Assembly: GCF_006345805.1 (NCBI RefSeq)
Contig: NC_043001.1
Coordinates: 78,244,001-78,308,000, forward strand
DNA length: 64,000 bases
Source of the DNA: Octopus sinensis
Taxonomy: Eukaryota
Direction: 5' to 3'
In this document: in pieces, positions 40,251 to 52,369 of the stretch
Layout: each line of letters starts with the position of its first letter
Numbering within the stretch: position 1 is the stretch's first letter
Notes under the pieces: generated by a model
Database searches by the model: none
What the model was told of the DNA's origin: nothing
Seen by the model: the letters and a program-made list of their open reading frames with translations, nothing else
Made by a program: the position numbers and the translations under genes

Positions 40251-40481
40251 GACGGCGAGCTAGCAGAAACGTTAGCACGTCGGACGAAATGCGTAGCCGT
40301 ATTTCGTCTGCCGTTACGTTCTGAGTTCAAATTCTGCCGGGGTCGACTTTGTCTTGCATCCTTTTGGGGTCGATAAATTAAGTACCAGTTACGCACTGGG
40401 GTCGATGTAATCGACTTAATCCGTTTATTTGTTTGCGTTTGTTCCCTCTGTGTTTAGCCCCCTGTGGGTAGTAAAGAAATA
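40251..40481 (+). mobile_element. SINE family B, full length (tail type 2)
   Basis: A box TAGCAGAAACGTTAG, B box GAGTTCAAATTC, core GGGGTCGATAAATTAAGTACCAGTTACGCACTGGGGTCGATGTAATCGACT, tail TTTAGCCCCCTGTGGGTAGTAAAGAAATA. Confidence 0.9.
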
Positions 40482-42111
40482 TATATATATATATATTAAA
40501 AATGTAAGTACATGTGGATTCATGTACCTTATTTACAGTATTTACATTTGACGGAAATACGAGTGTATAAAATATCTTTATGCACACAGAGGAGACAATT
40601 GACAGGACTCCTTACATATTAAAACAGCCAGTTATTTTATACACTCTTATGGTTTAAAAAATATGTTATGTCTTATGACTTTTATTTATGCATGCTAACT
40701 AAGGCTAATAAATGATTTTATTACCCTCATATTTACGATATGTATACGGCGGGCTTTTGTCTGGTTCCGTCTACCAAATCTACTCTCAAGCGATTCCGTG
40801 GGTGGAGTAAGTGGAATAAAGCGCCACTAATGCTGAACTTGAATTTATTCCACCGACTCCGAAATGTTGTAACCGAAGTGGGAATTGGTCTCAGAACGTG
40901 AAGACAAACGTAATGCTCCTAACAATTATTCACGGTACAGTAACGGTCCTCCCAGCTCGGTGCCCTGATGTATTCATTCCTTTTCACATAAATATCTATA
41001 TATACATTTGCATATGTATATATGCATATGTGGGAGCATGCGTGCGCATTCATTTGTGTGTTTGTGAGTGTGTGTGTGTGTGTGTGTGGTGTGTGTGTGT
41101 GTGTGTGTGTGGATGTCTGTGCACACAAGTGTGAATCTTCTTGAATAGTTTCTTGCTTACATTATGTACCAAAATTTGATGTTTCATATAAGAATATATT
41201 GAGCACTTCCGTTAACTGTTCCACAAAAATACATCTTTATGTATTTCAAGAAATTGCGTACGTATATAGTGCCACACACACACATATATATAAGTATATA
41301 TGGATGTCGTGCTTCCACGTACTTGTGTATGTGTGGTGTGTCTGCATATACTTAAACAAAGTTATATATATATATATATATACATATGTACACACACACA
41401 CATATATATGTATATATATACAAAGTATACAGCTATACCCGAACGAACTTAGGCACGAATACACATACATACGTATGCACATCAAATGGCGTGCAATGAA
41501 TTGTGTGCCGATGATGAGAAGAACCAGGAAAATTAGGAGGAAAACGAGCTTTGGGTTTACTGATGTGTAAAGAAGACAGCGAAATAGTGTTATATATATT
41601 GTGGGTACACGGAGATAGTTATTGTTGTAAACCTACGATACTAGAGAGCTATAAAGTGTCTATTAGAGCTGAAATAACAAAGTATAGACAATAAAAACTG
41701 GGGAAAAAGAAAGAAAAAACGTCTTCGAAATCTAAAGGGGAAAAGAAGCAATATATATACATACGAAATATCTATATGTATATATATATTTATATACACG
41801 CATGTATATGTGTATGGAAATCTCTAAAAAATCTAACAACAAACTCTCGACCATTTATATTTGGTAATAAATACATGTAACAATATATATTTTCACACAA
41901 ACAGAGTTGCATATACATAAACATATACGCCGTCAGAGACACATATGCGCACAAACGCACTTTAATATATTTCTATATATATATATGCATATATGCTTTG
42001 TACTCATACAGAAATTCTATGCATATATATACATATATAAATGTGTATATGTATGTGCATGTGTGTGTATATTTGTGATATGTGTATGTGCGTGTATATA
42101 TGTGTGTGTGC

Positions 42112-42157
<46 letters not shown>

Positions 42158-42192
42158 TACACACACAGGCACACACACACACATATATATAT

Positions 42193-42408
42193 AGGCGCAG
42201 GAGTGCCTGTGAGGTAAGTAGCTTACTTACCAACCACGTGAATCCGGGGTCAGTCCCACTGCGTGGAGCCTAGGGCGGCTTCTACTATAGGAGACTGATA
42301 AAATAACTACAAGGCTTACAAAGAATAAACACTGGGGTTAATTTGTTCGACTAAATGTGGTGCGCCAGCATGGCCGCTATCAAATGACTGAAACAATATA
42401 CTTAGAGA
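42193..42408 (+). mobile_element. SINE family A with internal deletion
   Basis: The AGGCGCAGGAGTG head is joined to the ...CCAGCATGGCCGCTATCAAATGACTGAAAC tail, with the middle missing. Confidence 0.8.
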
Positions 42409-42507
42409 ATACATACATACATGCATGCATGAATGCATACATACATACATACATACGTACACACATACATACATACGTACATATATACATATATATATAT
42501 ATATATA

Positions 42508-43320
42508 TAAAGGGGTACCCAAAAGAAACAGAATTGTGCAGTGTTATTTTGCTCACTTCGATTTACATGTTCACACATTTTTCCCACTTTAAACTGCTTT
42601 CCATTTGAAGCAACGCATCAGTCCAGATTGGTCTTCCACCATTCGAAGCAGTGCTGGAACTCTTGCAAAATTATGACTTTCAGCGCTTCCGTCGTGTTCT
42701 TCTTCACGTCTTCCACATCTGAATATTTGGTAGTACCAGGTTTAATCACAAGCAATCACATATAAAAAAAGTTCTGGATCGACTTTCAACTGTTGTTTCA
42801 GTCTATGACTAGATTTCAGTCGTGAATGCACAGGTTTTGCTGCAATTCTCTTTATTCGCTCAAAATTCGTTGGCAGGAGCTCCAGGACACACCAAGCATA
42901 TCAACAAGTTCGTGAATTGTTCAGGGACGGTCCTCCAAGTTCAGCTCATGAATTTTCATGATGTCTTCATTTGTTCGGGAGGTCGATGTTGGATCTGAAC
43001 GAGGTTGGTCTTAAAGTGACATGTGACCTTTCCACATGTGCTTTGTTCGTTAACTTGTTCACTTGTGCATTGTTCATGGCAGTGCCCTTGATTGTTGTTT
43101 AAAGCATGACAACGGTTTCGACTGCCGATTTCCCCAGCAGAAATCAGAATTTCACGGAAGCACGCTGTTCCTTCGTTTCTGCTGTCGCAAAATTCGCCGC
43201 AAATTTACACTTTGGATCGGACACTTTTTCTTGCAAAATAGGGTATCTTATCCTGTTCAGACTATATCATTAGCATTATCCTTCGTATGAGAATTTATAA
43301 TCACTCCTTTTACTTTTTAA
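42508..43320 (-). mobile_element. Mariner transposon remnant (internally deleted)
   Basis: N-terminal EQRASVKF*FLLGKSAVETVVML and C-terminal DVEDVKKNTTEALK..LQEFQHCFEWW. A TIR-like end AGGGGTACCCAAAAGAAAC follows (TA)n. The partner TIR was not found. Confidence 0.75.
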
Positions 43321-43603
43321 GACATCTCAACGCTTCTAAAGCAAATTTCGTTTGTTTGATTACGTTAATCGTAATTTGAATTTAGCGTATGATAGCGTCT
43401 CATAAAGCGAGATTTCTATATATCTTAAATTTGCGGAAGGATTTGTGATGTTGGCGGTTAAGCTTAAAGGTTCAGAGTATCGCGACGCGTAATCACGGTT
43501 GTGTGAGTTCGCGTCTCACAGCCGGCCGCCTACACGTTTTTCTGCAAAATAGGGGTAGCTTATCCTGTTCAGGCAAATCTTTTTATTTTTTTTTGGGGGG
43601 GGG

Positions 43604-43660
43604 GGCGGCCATCAGCGACTAAACCGGCAAACACGCAGATCTTGCCTTCTGAGGAAGGTG
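43604..43660 (+). repeat. Unclassified interspersed repeat (second copy at ~45835-45890)
   Basis: CGGCC(A/G)TCAGCGACTAA..GGCAA...GCAGATCTTGC..TCTGAGG.AGGTG occurs twice. Confidence 0.7.
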
Positions 43661-44557
43661 CATTTAAAAGGAGAATTTAAAATCACTTCTTTAACTTTTA
43701 TACATGAATTTATCTATGCCTTTGACTACGTTACGACACCATTATCTCCGGCATAATTTCAAGAACATGGCACCAATGGCCGCGTAAAATATCGCAGTTT
43801 TTCTCCTGCAGCTTTTATATGTGTATATGAGTTCTTATTATGAGTTTAGGATTTACTATATAACTTCGTATTTGTGTGAGTCTGAATGTGAGCATGTACG
43901 AACGCGAAATTACGCATGCATGTATTTGTGAGTGTGTACGCTTGTATCTGTGAGTACGTTTGAGCGTGAATGTGTGTAGTTGTGTGTTTGTGTGTGCCTC
44001 TGCTTTTATATATATATGTATGTGTGTAATCATTTGAAATGTTGTTATTGTGCTGTTACTGAATTTATATACAGAAACGTAAGCAAGCAACTATACCCAT
44101 ATTCTATCTCACAGTCACACAAGCTTTCACACAGGCACACACACGCACTAACACATGTATGTTCATGTGTGTGTGTGTGTGCATATATATGTGTGTGTTC
44201 TGTATTTGAGAACACGTGTCTTTGTTTGAGAGCAAGCGCACATGACGCGCATACAGAGATGTATAAGAGATCAAAGGGAGGTAATTGCATCATCAGTCAG
44301 TTTAATCACGTCACTTAGGGCAAGATGGACGTTTTCTGTAATACTTTACGATCGCTTTCAAAACGGACTGAGGTCGTAGATTAAATTCAGCAAAGAATAG
44401 CATCACTAACATCAGTAACAATAACAACAACGACATCAACAACAACAAAAGGAACAACAACAGCAGCGGAAACAAAACAGCAGCAACAGTAGCGATCACA
44501 ACAGCGAGGATGATAGAGGAAATAATACCATTAACAATAATAACAAGCATAGCAAAC

Positions 44558-44595
<38 letters not shown>

Positions 44596-44705
44596 AATGA
44601 TAATGATGATGATGATAATGATAATGATGATGATGATAATGATGATGATGATAATGATATGATGATGATGATAATGATGATGATGATAATGATAATAATA
44701 ATAAT

Positions 44706-44746
<41 letters not shown>

Positions 44747-45133
44747 TAATATAATAATAATAATAATAATAATAATATAATAATAATAATAATAATAATA
44801 TAATAATAATAATATGATAATAATGATAATAATGATAATAATAATAATGATAATAATGATAATGATGATAATAATATAATAATAATGATAATAATGATAA
44901 TGATGATAATGATGATATAATGATAATAATGATAATAATGATAATAAGATAATAATGATAATGATGATAATAATGATAATAATGATAATAATGATAATGA
45001 TGATAATGATGATAATATGATAATAATGATATAATAATAATAATGATAATGATGATAATAATAATAATAATAATAATGATATGATAATAATAATAATAAT
45101 AATAATTAATAATAATAATAATGATAATAAGAA

Positions 45134-45185
<52 letters not shown>

Positions 45186-45255
45186 TAATATAATAATAAT
45201 AATAATAATGATAATGATGATAATAATAATATAATATAATAATAATAATAATAAT

Positions 45256-45287
<32 letters not shown>

Positions 45288-45303
45288 AATGATAATGATA
45301 ATA

Positions 45304-45394
<91 letters not shown>

Positions 45395-45398
45395 AATA

Positions 45399-45432
<34 letters not shown>
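44558..45432. repeat. Long compound (GAT)n/(AAT)n microsatellite (~870 bp)
   Basis: Direct reading of the sequence; a second (AAT)n block lies at 45545-45698. Confidence 0.95.
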
Positions 45433-45434
<2 letters not shown>

Positions 45435-45548
45435 AGAAATAGAAGAGTGCCATAGTTATCATGTGAAATTGGTTGAACGATATTTCGGCACTATTTTTTT
45501 ATTTCTGTATAACTTCTGGAGGAGTTACCTCATTCCTATATAATCTTA

Positions 45549-45581
<33 letters not shown>

Positions 45582-45588
45582 GATAACG

Positions 45589-45681
<93 letters not shown>

Positions 45682-46164
45682 GTAATAATAATAATAACGT
45701 CTCCAAATATCCCTATCTAGCTACTGTAATGAAAAAACCGGTTTGTCGTGAGGCCATAGCTAAAAAACTCCCACCCCACCCTTCTTCTCCGTATTGAAAC
45801 TGGGAACGAGGCAATTCTCTTTTTTTTTTACGGTCCGGCCGTCAGCGACTAAGCAGGCAACCCTGCAGATCTTGCTCTCTGAGGTAGGTGTATGATTCTT
45901 GCTATTTTGACACCTACAGGAAGAAGAACAAGACCTGTATGAAGGCTAATGAACTCGTACGAGGCAACGGCCACCAAAATATCATATATCTAAGAAGCAG
46001 AAGCAATCATAACACTTGAACACCCCTTCTATGAGACAGAAACTCCAAACTTTAAACCATGATTACAGGTTTATACGCCAAGGAAACCAGGAAACCAGGC
46101 ATAGCTTGAGAAGGAGCAAACATGTATATATAAATGACCTCTTTTTCTTTTATAATATTTATTC

Positions 46165-46385
46165 AGGCTTGTTAGGCGGTGATCTGGCAGAATCGTTAGC
46201 ACGCCGGACAAAATGCTTAACGACATTTCATCCACCTTTACGTCTGATTTCATATTCCACCGAGGTCGACTTTGCTTTTCATTATTGCGAGGTCGATAAA
46301 ATCAGCACCAGGTGAATACTGGAGTCGGTGTGATGGACTTGACTTTTCTTCGTAACTTGTTAACCTTGTGTCAAAATTTGAAACC
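46165..46385 (+). mobile_element. SINE family B (tail type 1)
   Basis: GGCGGTGATCTGGCAGAATCGTTAGCACGCCGG...GAGGTCGACTTTGC...CCTTGTGTCAAAATTTGAAACC. Confidence 0.85.
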
Positions 46386-46389
46386 GTAT

Positions 46390-46703
46390 GATTTCAGCCT
46401 TGCGGTTTCATCTCAATTTTGTCCCTATTCTCTTAGCTGTAACAGCAGGTTCCTGTAAAATTGTTGGCTTACTCTCGCATTTGCTCCAGTTTTCAGTACT
46501 ATTCCTCATCACCAATCACTGGGCATTACTATCTCACGATCAAGGATTCATAGGGCCGGATACCCGGTTTCAATGGCGTTTACGTAACCATGATCATGGC
46601 ATTGCTCCTGAATGTGACGCCAGTTCGTAGCTGTGTAGACTGGAGCAACGTGAAGCGAAGTTCGATCTTTAGTCAACGCCCTAACCACTAGACCACGCGC
46701 CTC
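46390..46703 (-). mobile_element. SINE family C-related copy
   Basis: GACTGGAGCAACGTGAAG...CCCTAACCACTAGACCACGCGCC is the reverse complement of a tRNA-like head plus the family C core. Confidence 0.6.
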
Positions 46704-47185
46704 TACCTTTTACTCTTAATGCACCGTTAATATTCCTTACTCACCATCACTTTCGTCTAAGTGTTTTCATATTGTCTACTTTCGTTTTCATTTTATAGTC
46801 AACATTAATTATCTTTACACCTGAAATTTCGAGGCGAAGTAAAGTGAGAAAATGCTGAAATAATCGACAACATATGGGAAGAAATTAAATAGCGGAAAAA
46901 TGATAGCATGACACCGTCAGTGTAAAGATATAACCGTCAATATGAATTATGGGATATAATATTTCATCACCAGGCTTTTGTTACAGAACTGGAATTGATA
47001 CCAGATATATGTTAGGAGAGAGTTCTTGCTGTCCACACCGAAAACGATTTCATCATAACCAGAGATAAAGACAAAATTTTCCAGTGTGAAGAAGTACAGA
47101 GATTCTCACTCACACACACTCATGCACGCGTACACACACTCACACAGACATTCCCAACATATACACAAACACTGATGTGCATATT

Positions 47186-47300
<115 letters not shown>

Positions 47301-48203
47301 TAATGAAAATAGTATGAAATAAATGAATGGAAAATAATATTATTTAATTATTAATACGACCATTTATTAAGTATATGGTTGTAATACGAGTCGTTACAGT
47401 ATATGAACTATACAATTTCATCGAGTTGTGAGTGTACACAGAGCTTGATTGTAAATCTCCTACCCATTGTGTAAGAAGGTTAGTAGTTTGTCCATCCCTG
47501 TTACTACTAGAGAAATGGAAAGGATAAGATAATCAATGCGGATAGACAGAACAATAGATTAGTTCTCGCGCTCATGGAAGGATACAACTGAACTGAGGAA
47601 TACAGGCATGCTCTTTTGATTTGGGATGGTTTGACCACAGTTACAGAGAGAAAGGTCATTTGGTTTGTGGATTCATATTTTAGCTAATTTAATTAGGTCA
47701 ACCAGGGACATTAGGATTCTACTTTTACATTAGGCTTGACCGATAATGCCTTGAAAAAGGTCGGACACCAACTTAATCTCGTTAACTTCTTACTGCAAAA
47801 AGGCTTAACAATAGATGACTTATATGACAACGTGGAAAAATGTGGATTCAGTTTCGAAACCTAGCTTGGGTATTCCGTAGGTATTTGCACTAACATCTCA
47901 CACACACATACACACATCCACGCACACACGTACACCAGCACGCATAAACACATATACACACAAATACACACACATGTATTCATATATATATATGATGGAC
48001 GCTGTCATCATTCGACGAGGGTGGCACGATTCCTTGCGCACAATCGCACAGCTGATTTATTTATAATAATCAAATGTTCATGTTGTATATAACCTGACTC
48101 TTACAATCAAATTGACACACCCTCTACAAGGAGCACCAGTGTGCCATACGCCAGGTGTCGAAATGATCCCAGAGCAATGTGAAGTCAAATGTTGTTGTTC
48201 AAG

Positions 48204-48242
<39 letters not shown>

Positions 48243-48289
48243 AACGCGGTCTGGGAATATATCCAGATATATATGGTGGTACATATATA

Positions 48290-48650
48290 TAATCAATACA
48301 GAAAATAACGAAGAAAAAACACAAAAAAAGAACAACAAAGCGAGGACGCGGTACATGCAAAGTATCAAAAACACTCAGTGAAGGAAAGAAAGGGTGTTTT
48401 ACATTTCGAGCAAAGCCCTTCTTTAGAAAAAGAAGAGAGACAGAAGTCCAAGAGAAAAGGAAGACAGAAGGAAGAAATAGCCTGTAACTACATGCAGATT
48501 GCTGGAGATTTTTTTTCTTCCGTCTTCCTTTTCACTTGGACTTTCCTTTCTTTCCTTCCCTGAGCCTCTTTTAATACTTTGCATGTATCACGTCCACGCG
48601 TTGTTGTATTTTCTTGTTTTTTTTCTTTTGTTTTTTCTTTGGATTAGCTC
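48290..48650. mobile_element. Fold-back element with unequal inverted arms (probable PLE remnant)
   Basis: 48331-48478 matches the reverse complement of 48512-48607 apart from an internal deletion in the right arm. Confidence 0.6.
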
Positions 48651-48778
48651 TTTATCCTATGTTCACACGGACCCCCGTTCTTCCGACAGGCTTAGGAGTA
48701 CTTTATTCGTGGAATTCGTTCTACCAATCCTTTCTACTTATTCATTCGGAGTGCGCCATTTCTGCACATTAATCGTGC

Positions 48779-48821
<43 letters not shown>

Positions 48822-48824
<3 letters not shown>

Positions 48825-49350
48825 CAATAATAAATCTCTGAACGAGGTATAGACAGTAATTGCACGAAAATGTGAGGTATATTTGCCATCTCAATATGGC
48901 TAACCACTAAGGGTGATTGTTACTGTAGCTTGTAGCCCCAGGAGAACATTGTCTCCTGCTGGCTATAGGCACACTTTCTGTGCCCTAAGGTATTTGCAAA
49001 GGGAGATCATCCTTCCCTGGTCAACCTAAGTGATACGCACGGACTGCAGTTTCTAGGTATTGACCTGTCATCAGCGCACGACAATCACCGGTTTTCGATG
49101 AAAGGGGTCCCAGTGCAAATACTTATATTATTTTCCCAGTAACTTTTCGTCACTGATCTCGAAAAACTGTATGCAAGCAATAATAAATCTCTGAACGAGG
49201 TATAAACAGTAACTGCAGTCCGTGCGTATCACTTAGGTTGGCGAGGGAAGGATGACCTCCCTTTGCAAATACCTTAGGGCACAGAAAGCCAGCTACAGTA
49301 ACACCCACCCTTAGTGGTTAGCCGTATTGAGATGGCAAATATACCTCACA
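48822..49350. mobile_element. Penelope-like pLTR remnant: 43-bp direct repeat plus ~140-bp inverted duplication
   Basis: Direct repeat at 48822-48864 / 49175-49217 and inverted arms at 48871-49052 / 49211-49350. It contains a hammerhead motif. Confidence 0.75.
49036..49080 (-). ncRNA. Minimal type I hammerhead ribozyme motif
   Basis: CGUGCG-CUGAUGA-C-AGGU-caau-ACCU-A-GAAA-CUGCAG-UC-CGUGCG. The core is canonical with a GUC cleavage triplet and palindromic stem III. Stem I has two G-U wobbles, and a C/A mismatch closes stem II. Confidence 0.7.
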
Positions 49351-49351
49351 T

Positions 49352-49446
<95 letters not shown>

Positions 49447-49447
<1 letters not shown>

Positions 49448-49562
49448 TCTTAACTCTTTCACTGTTTTACTCGTTTCAGTCATTTGACTGCGGCTATGCT
49501 GGAGCACCGCCTTTAGTCGGGCAAACCAACCCCAGGACTTATTCTATGTAAGCCTAGTACTT
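49447..49562 (-). mobile_element. SINE family A, 3' end
   Basis: GTTTCAGTCATTTGACTGCGGCTATGCTGGAGCACCGCC. Confidence 0.88.
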
Positions 49563-50029
49563 TTATTTTATCTTCATCAGTACAGAATAACTGCTCCGCT
49601 AGAGATGGTCACCTTACATTCTTGTTCGAAATATGTACTTTTCAAAGTGACGCACATTTACATTTTTCATAAATAGAAAAACTATTATTTCTTTAAAACA
49701 GTATTAAACAATTCTCATAGACTTTCATACATATATATGTTTACTGGCTTCTTTCAGTTTCCATCTACAAATCCTCTCACAAGGCTTTGTTCAGCGTTGT
49801 GTATGTGTGTGTATACGTGTATGTGTGTGTGTAATTGTGCCTGTGTGTGTACGTACGTGTGTGTGTTTGTGTGTGCGTGCGTGAGTATGTGTGTGCACGA
49901 ATGTGTGTATATATGTGGTAGATATTTAGATAGCCCGATACATAGATGAATGAATAAAACGATCGCGACATGAATAACATGCATTAGCCATTAACACACA
50001 CAGTGTTTCTTAACTTTACCTAATTACTT

Positions 50030-50270
50030 ATTGTCGTTAACAATTTTCGTCGCTCAAAACTGTGACCAGGTTCCTTACAAAGTTATACCAAGTCAGATGC
50101 TGTATAACTTTGTCCAATATTATTGCATCAGGTCGTAGTTTCGAGGGATTAAATTTTCGAGACAGTATTACACACAAATGTTAAAAGACTGTGTGTTCTG
50201 ATTGTCAACCTTATTCTTCCACGCTGCAATCGTTTTAGTTATAACACACGGTCTCAGAACCAAACACATG
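50030..50270. mobile_element. Diverged fold-back paralog of the 31325-31584 element
   Basis: TTTTCGTCGCTCAAAACTGTGACC matches TTTTCGTTGCTTTGAAATCGCGACC, and TTCCACGCTGCAAT...ACACGGTCTCAGA matches the reverse complement of 31360-31400. A central hairpin lies at 50079-50088 / 50102-50111. Confidence 0.55.
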
Positions 50271-50329
50271 CCGAACAAATAAATACCTTACATAGTGCAT
50301 TATACCTCTCTCACACACACACATATATG

Positions 50330-50369
<40 letters not shown>

Positions 50370-50836
50370 CGAAAAATAAATAAATAAGTCATATAAATAA
50401 AGTAAATGACTGGCAACTGAACCAGTGATCTGTTAGACATTAAGGCAGTATGACTAGCCACGAAAAGACAAAATTCCTTTCAACACACGGATTCACATAA
50501 AGAATCTTGCAGATCAGATAACCACTGCAACATGTTTTCAATATTAGGCATCTCTAGAACTCACCTCTTTACTATATATATAAATATGTGTATGTGTGTT
50601 TGTGTGTGTGAGTTTGTGTGTGTATATACGCACACACGCAGACACTCATATCTACACATATATCCATGCACACATGCATATATCTATATATACATCTTTT
50701 TTTCTGTCGAGGACTTACATGCCTCTTTATTAGACTATTTTCCTTAGTCATGGCACGGTGGTCTTCATAATGGTTAAGGTTCTAAGAAAATAGCATTATT
50801 ATTATTTACATTATTGTAAATCACGTCGCACCGAAA

Positions 50837-50929
<93 letters not shown>

Positions 50930-52307
50930 GTGTTTGTGTGTGTGTATGTATGAATATATGGATATGCGTGTGTGTGGGGAGTGTAGAGAGGGAGAGAGAG
51001 AGAGAGAGAGAAATAGATATATATATCACAGTACATACATACACACATACATATATATGTATCTGCTGAAATTTAATGGACAATAGACGGATTTAACTAA
51101 TCCTGTTGTACTCACAAAATGGCCCATGAATGGATTAGCCCCCAACGAAAGTAAACTAATATGATATGCTTTTGACCTGATGACCTCGTTTTTTTTTATT
51201 CTGTATTAACTTATACATTTTACAACTGTACTTTATCATTTTTACCTGTATCATCTTATACATTATATAAGTGTACTATATAATTGTTTACCTGTATAAC
51301 CTTATACATTATACATCTGTACTATACGATTTTACCTGTATTATACATTATACAACAGTACTACATAATTTATATTATATACAATAATACAGACATAATA
51401 CTCACTAAACTAAAAAAAAATTCTATGAAAATAGCTACGGAACGATCACCGTTATATAGACGTCACTGGTGAAATAAATATATTCATGTTATACCAGTTC
51501 TCTTTTTATTTTAGATGTGTGTGTGTGTATACATACATACATACAAACACATACACACACACATGTATCGATAGACAGAGACGGATAGATAGAAAAATAA
51601 AAAATAAATGTATAATATGTTCTATTGATATGTACAGACCCACGACAAGCCGTCACACTGACCATAATAGAAGCTTCACTATTATCCTAGAATACAACCA
51701 TACGGATACGTATATAGTCTGATGCTCACACGTAGAAGAATGCATATAGGCACAAAGGTGTATGCATAGAACTACTCGGATATAAATTGTTTAATATAAA
51801 AAAATGAAAATAGTATGAAAAATATGCCAGTAGCGCTTGCATGCGCTTACACAATAGCAAACAACGAAGCACACATATACACATATAGCGTTTACATATA
51901 TGCATGCTTATACATAAATATATATGCAGGCATATGTGTAAAACATCGTTCACATATTGTTGTATAGGTATATGCTAATATGCATATGTATTTATATATG
52001 TATATATCGCATTAATATACATACATATACATATACACACACACACTCATATATATATGTATTTATATATATATATAATTATCTACTTATATATATGCAT
52101 ACACTTTTATATAAATATATATATATAGTAATATACTTATACATGTACATATCAATGTATGCGTATATGTATATATGAATATATAGATGTATACAAGAAT
52201 ACGTGTATATATATTATATATATGTATACGTATACATATATGTGTGTGTATATATGTATACATACTTATATATCTATGTATGAATATATATGTATATACA
52301 TACATAC

Positions 52308-52369
<62 letters not shown>

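Noticed and set aside
45740-45860. Long-range pairing GTTTGTCG / CGACTAAGC followed by AGGCAAC, suggestive of an HDV-like fold
   Set aside because: No J4/2 or P2 occurs in the required order; it is kept only as an unclassified repeat.
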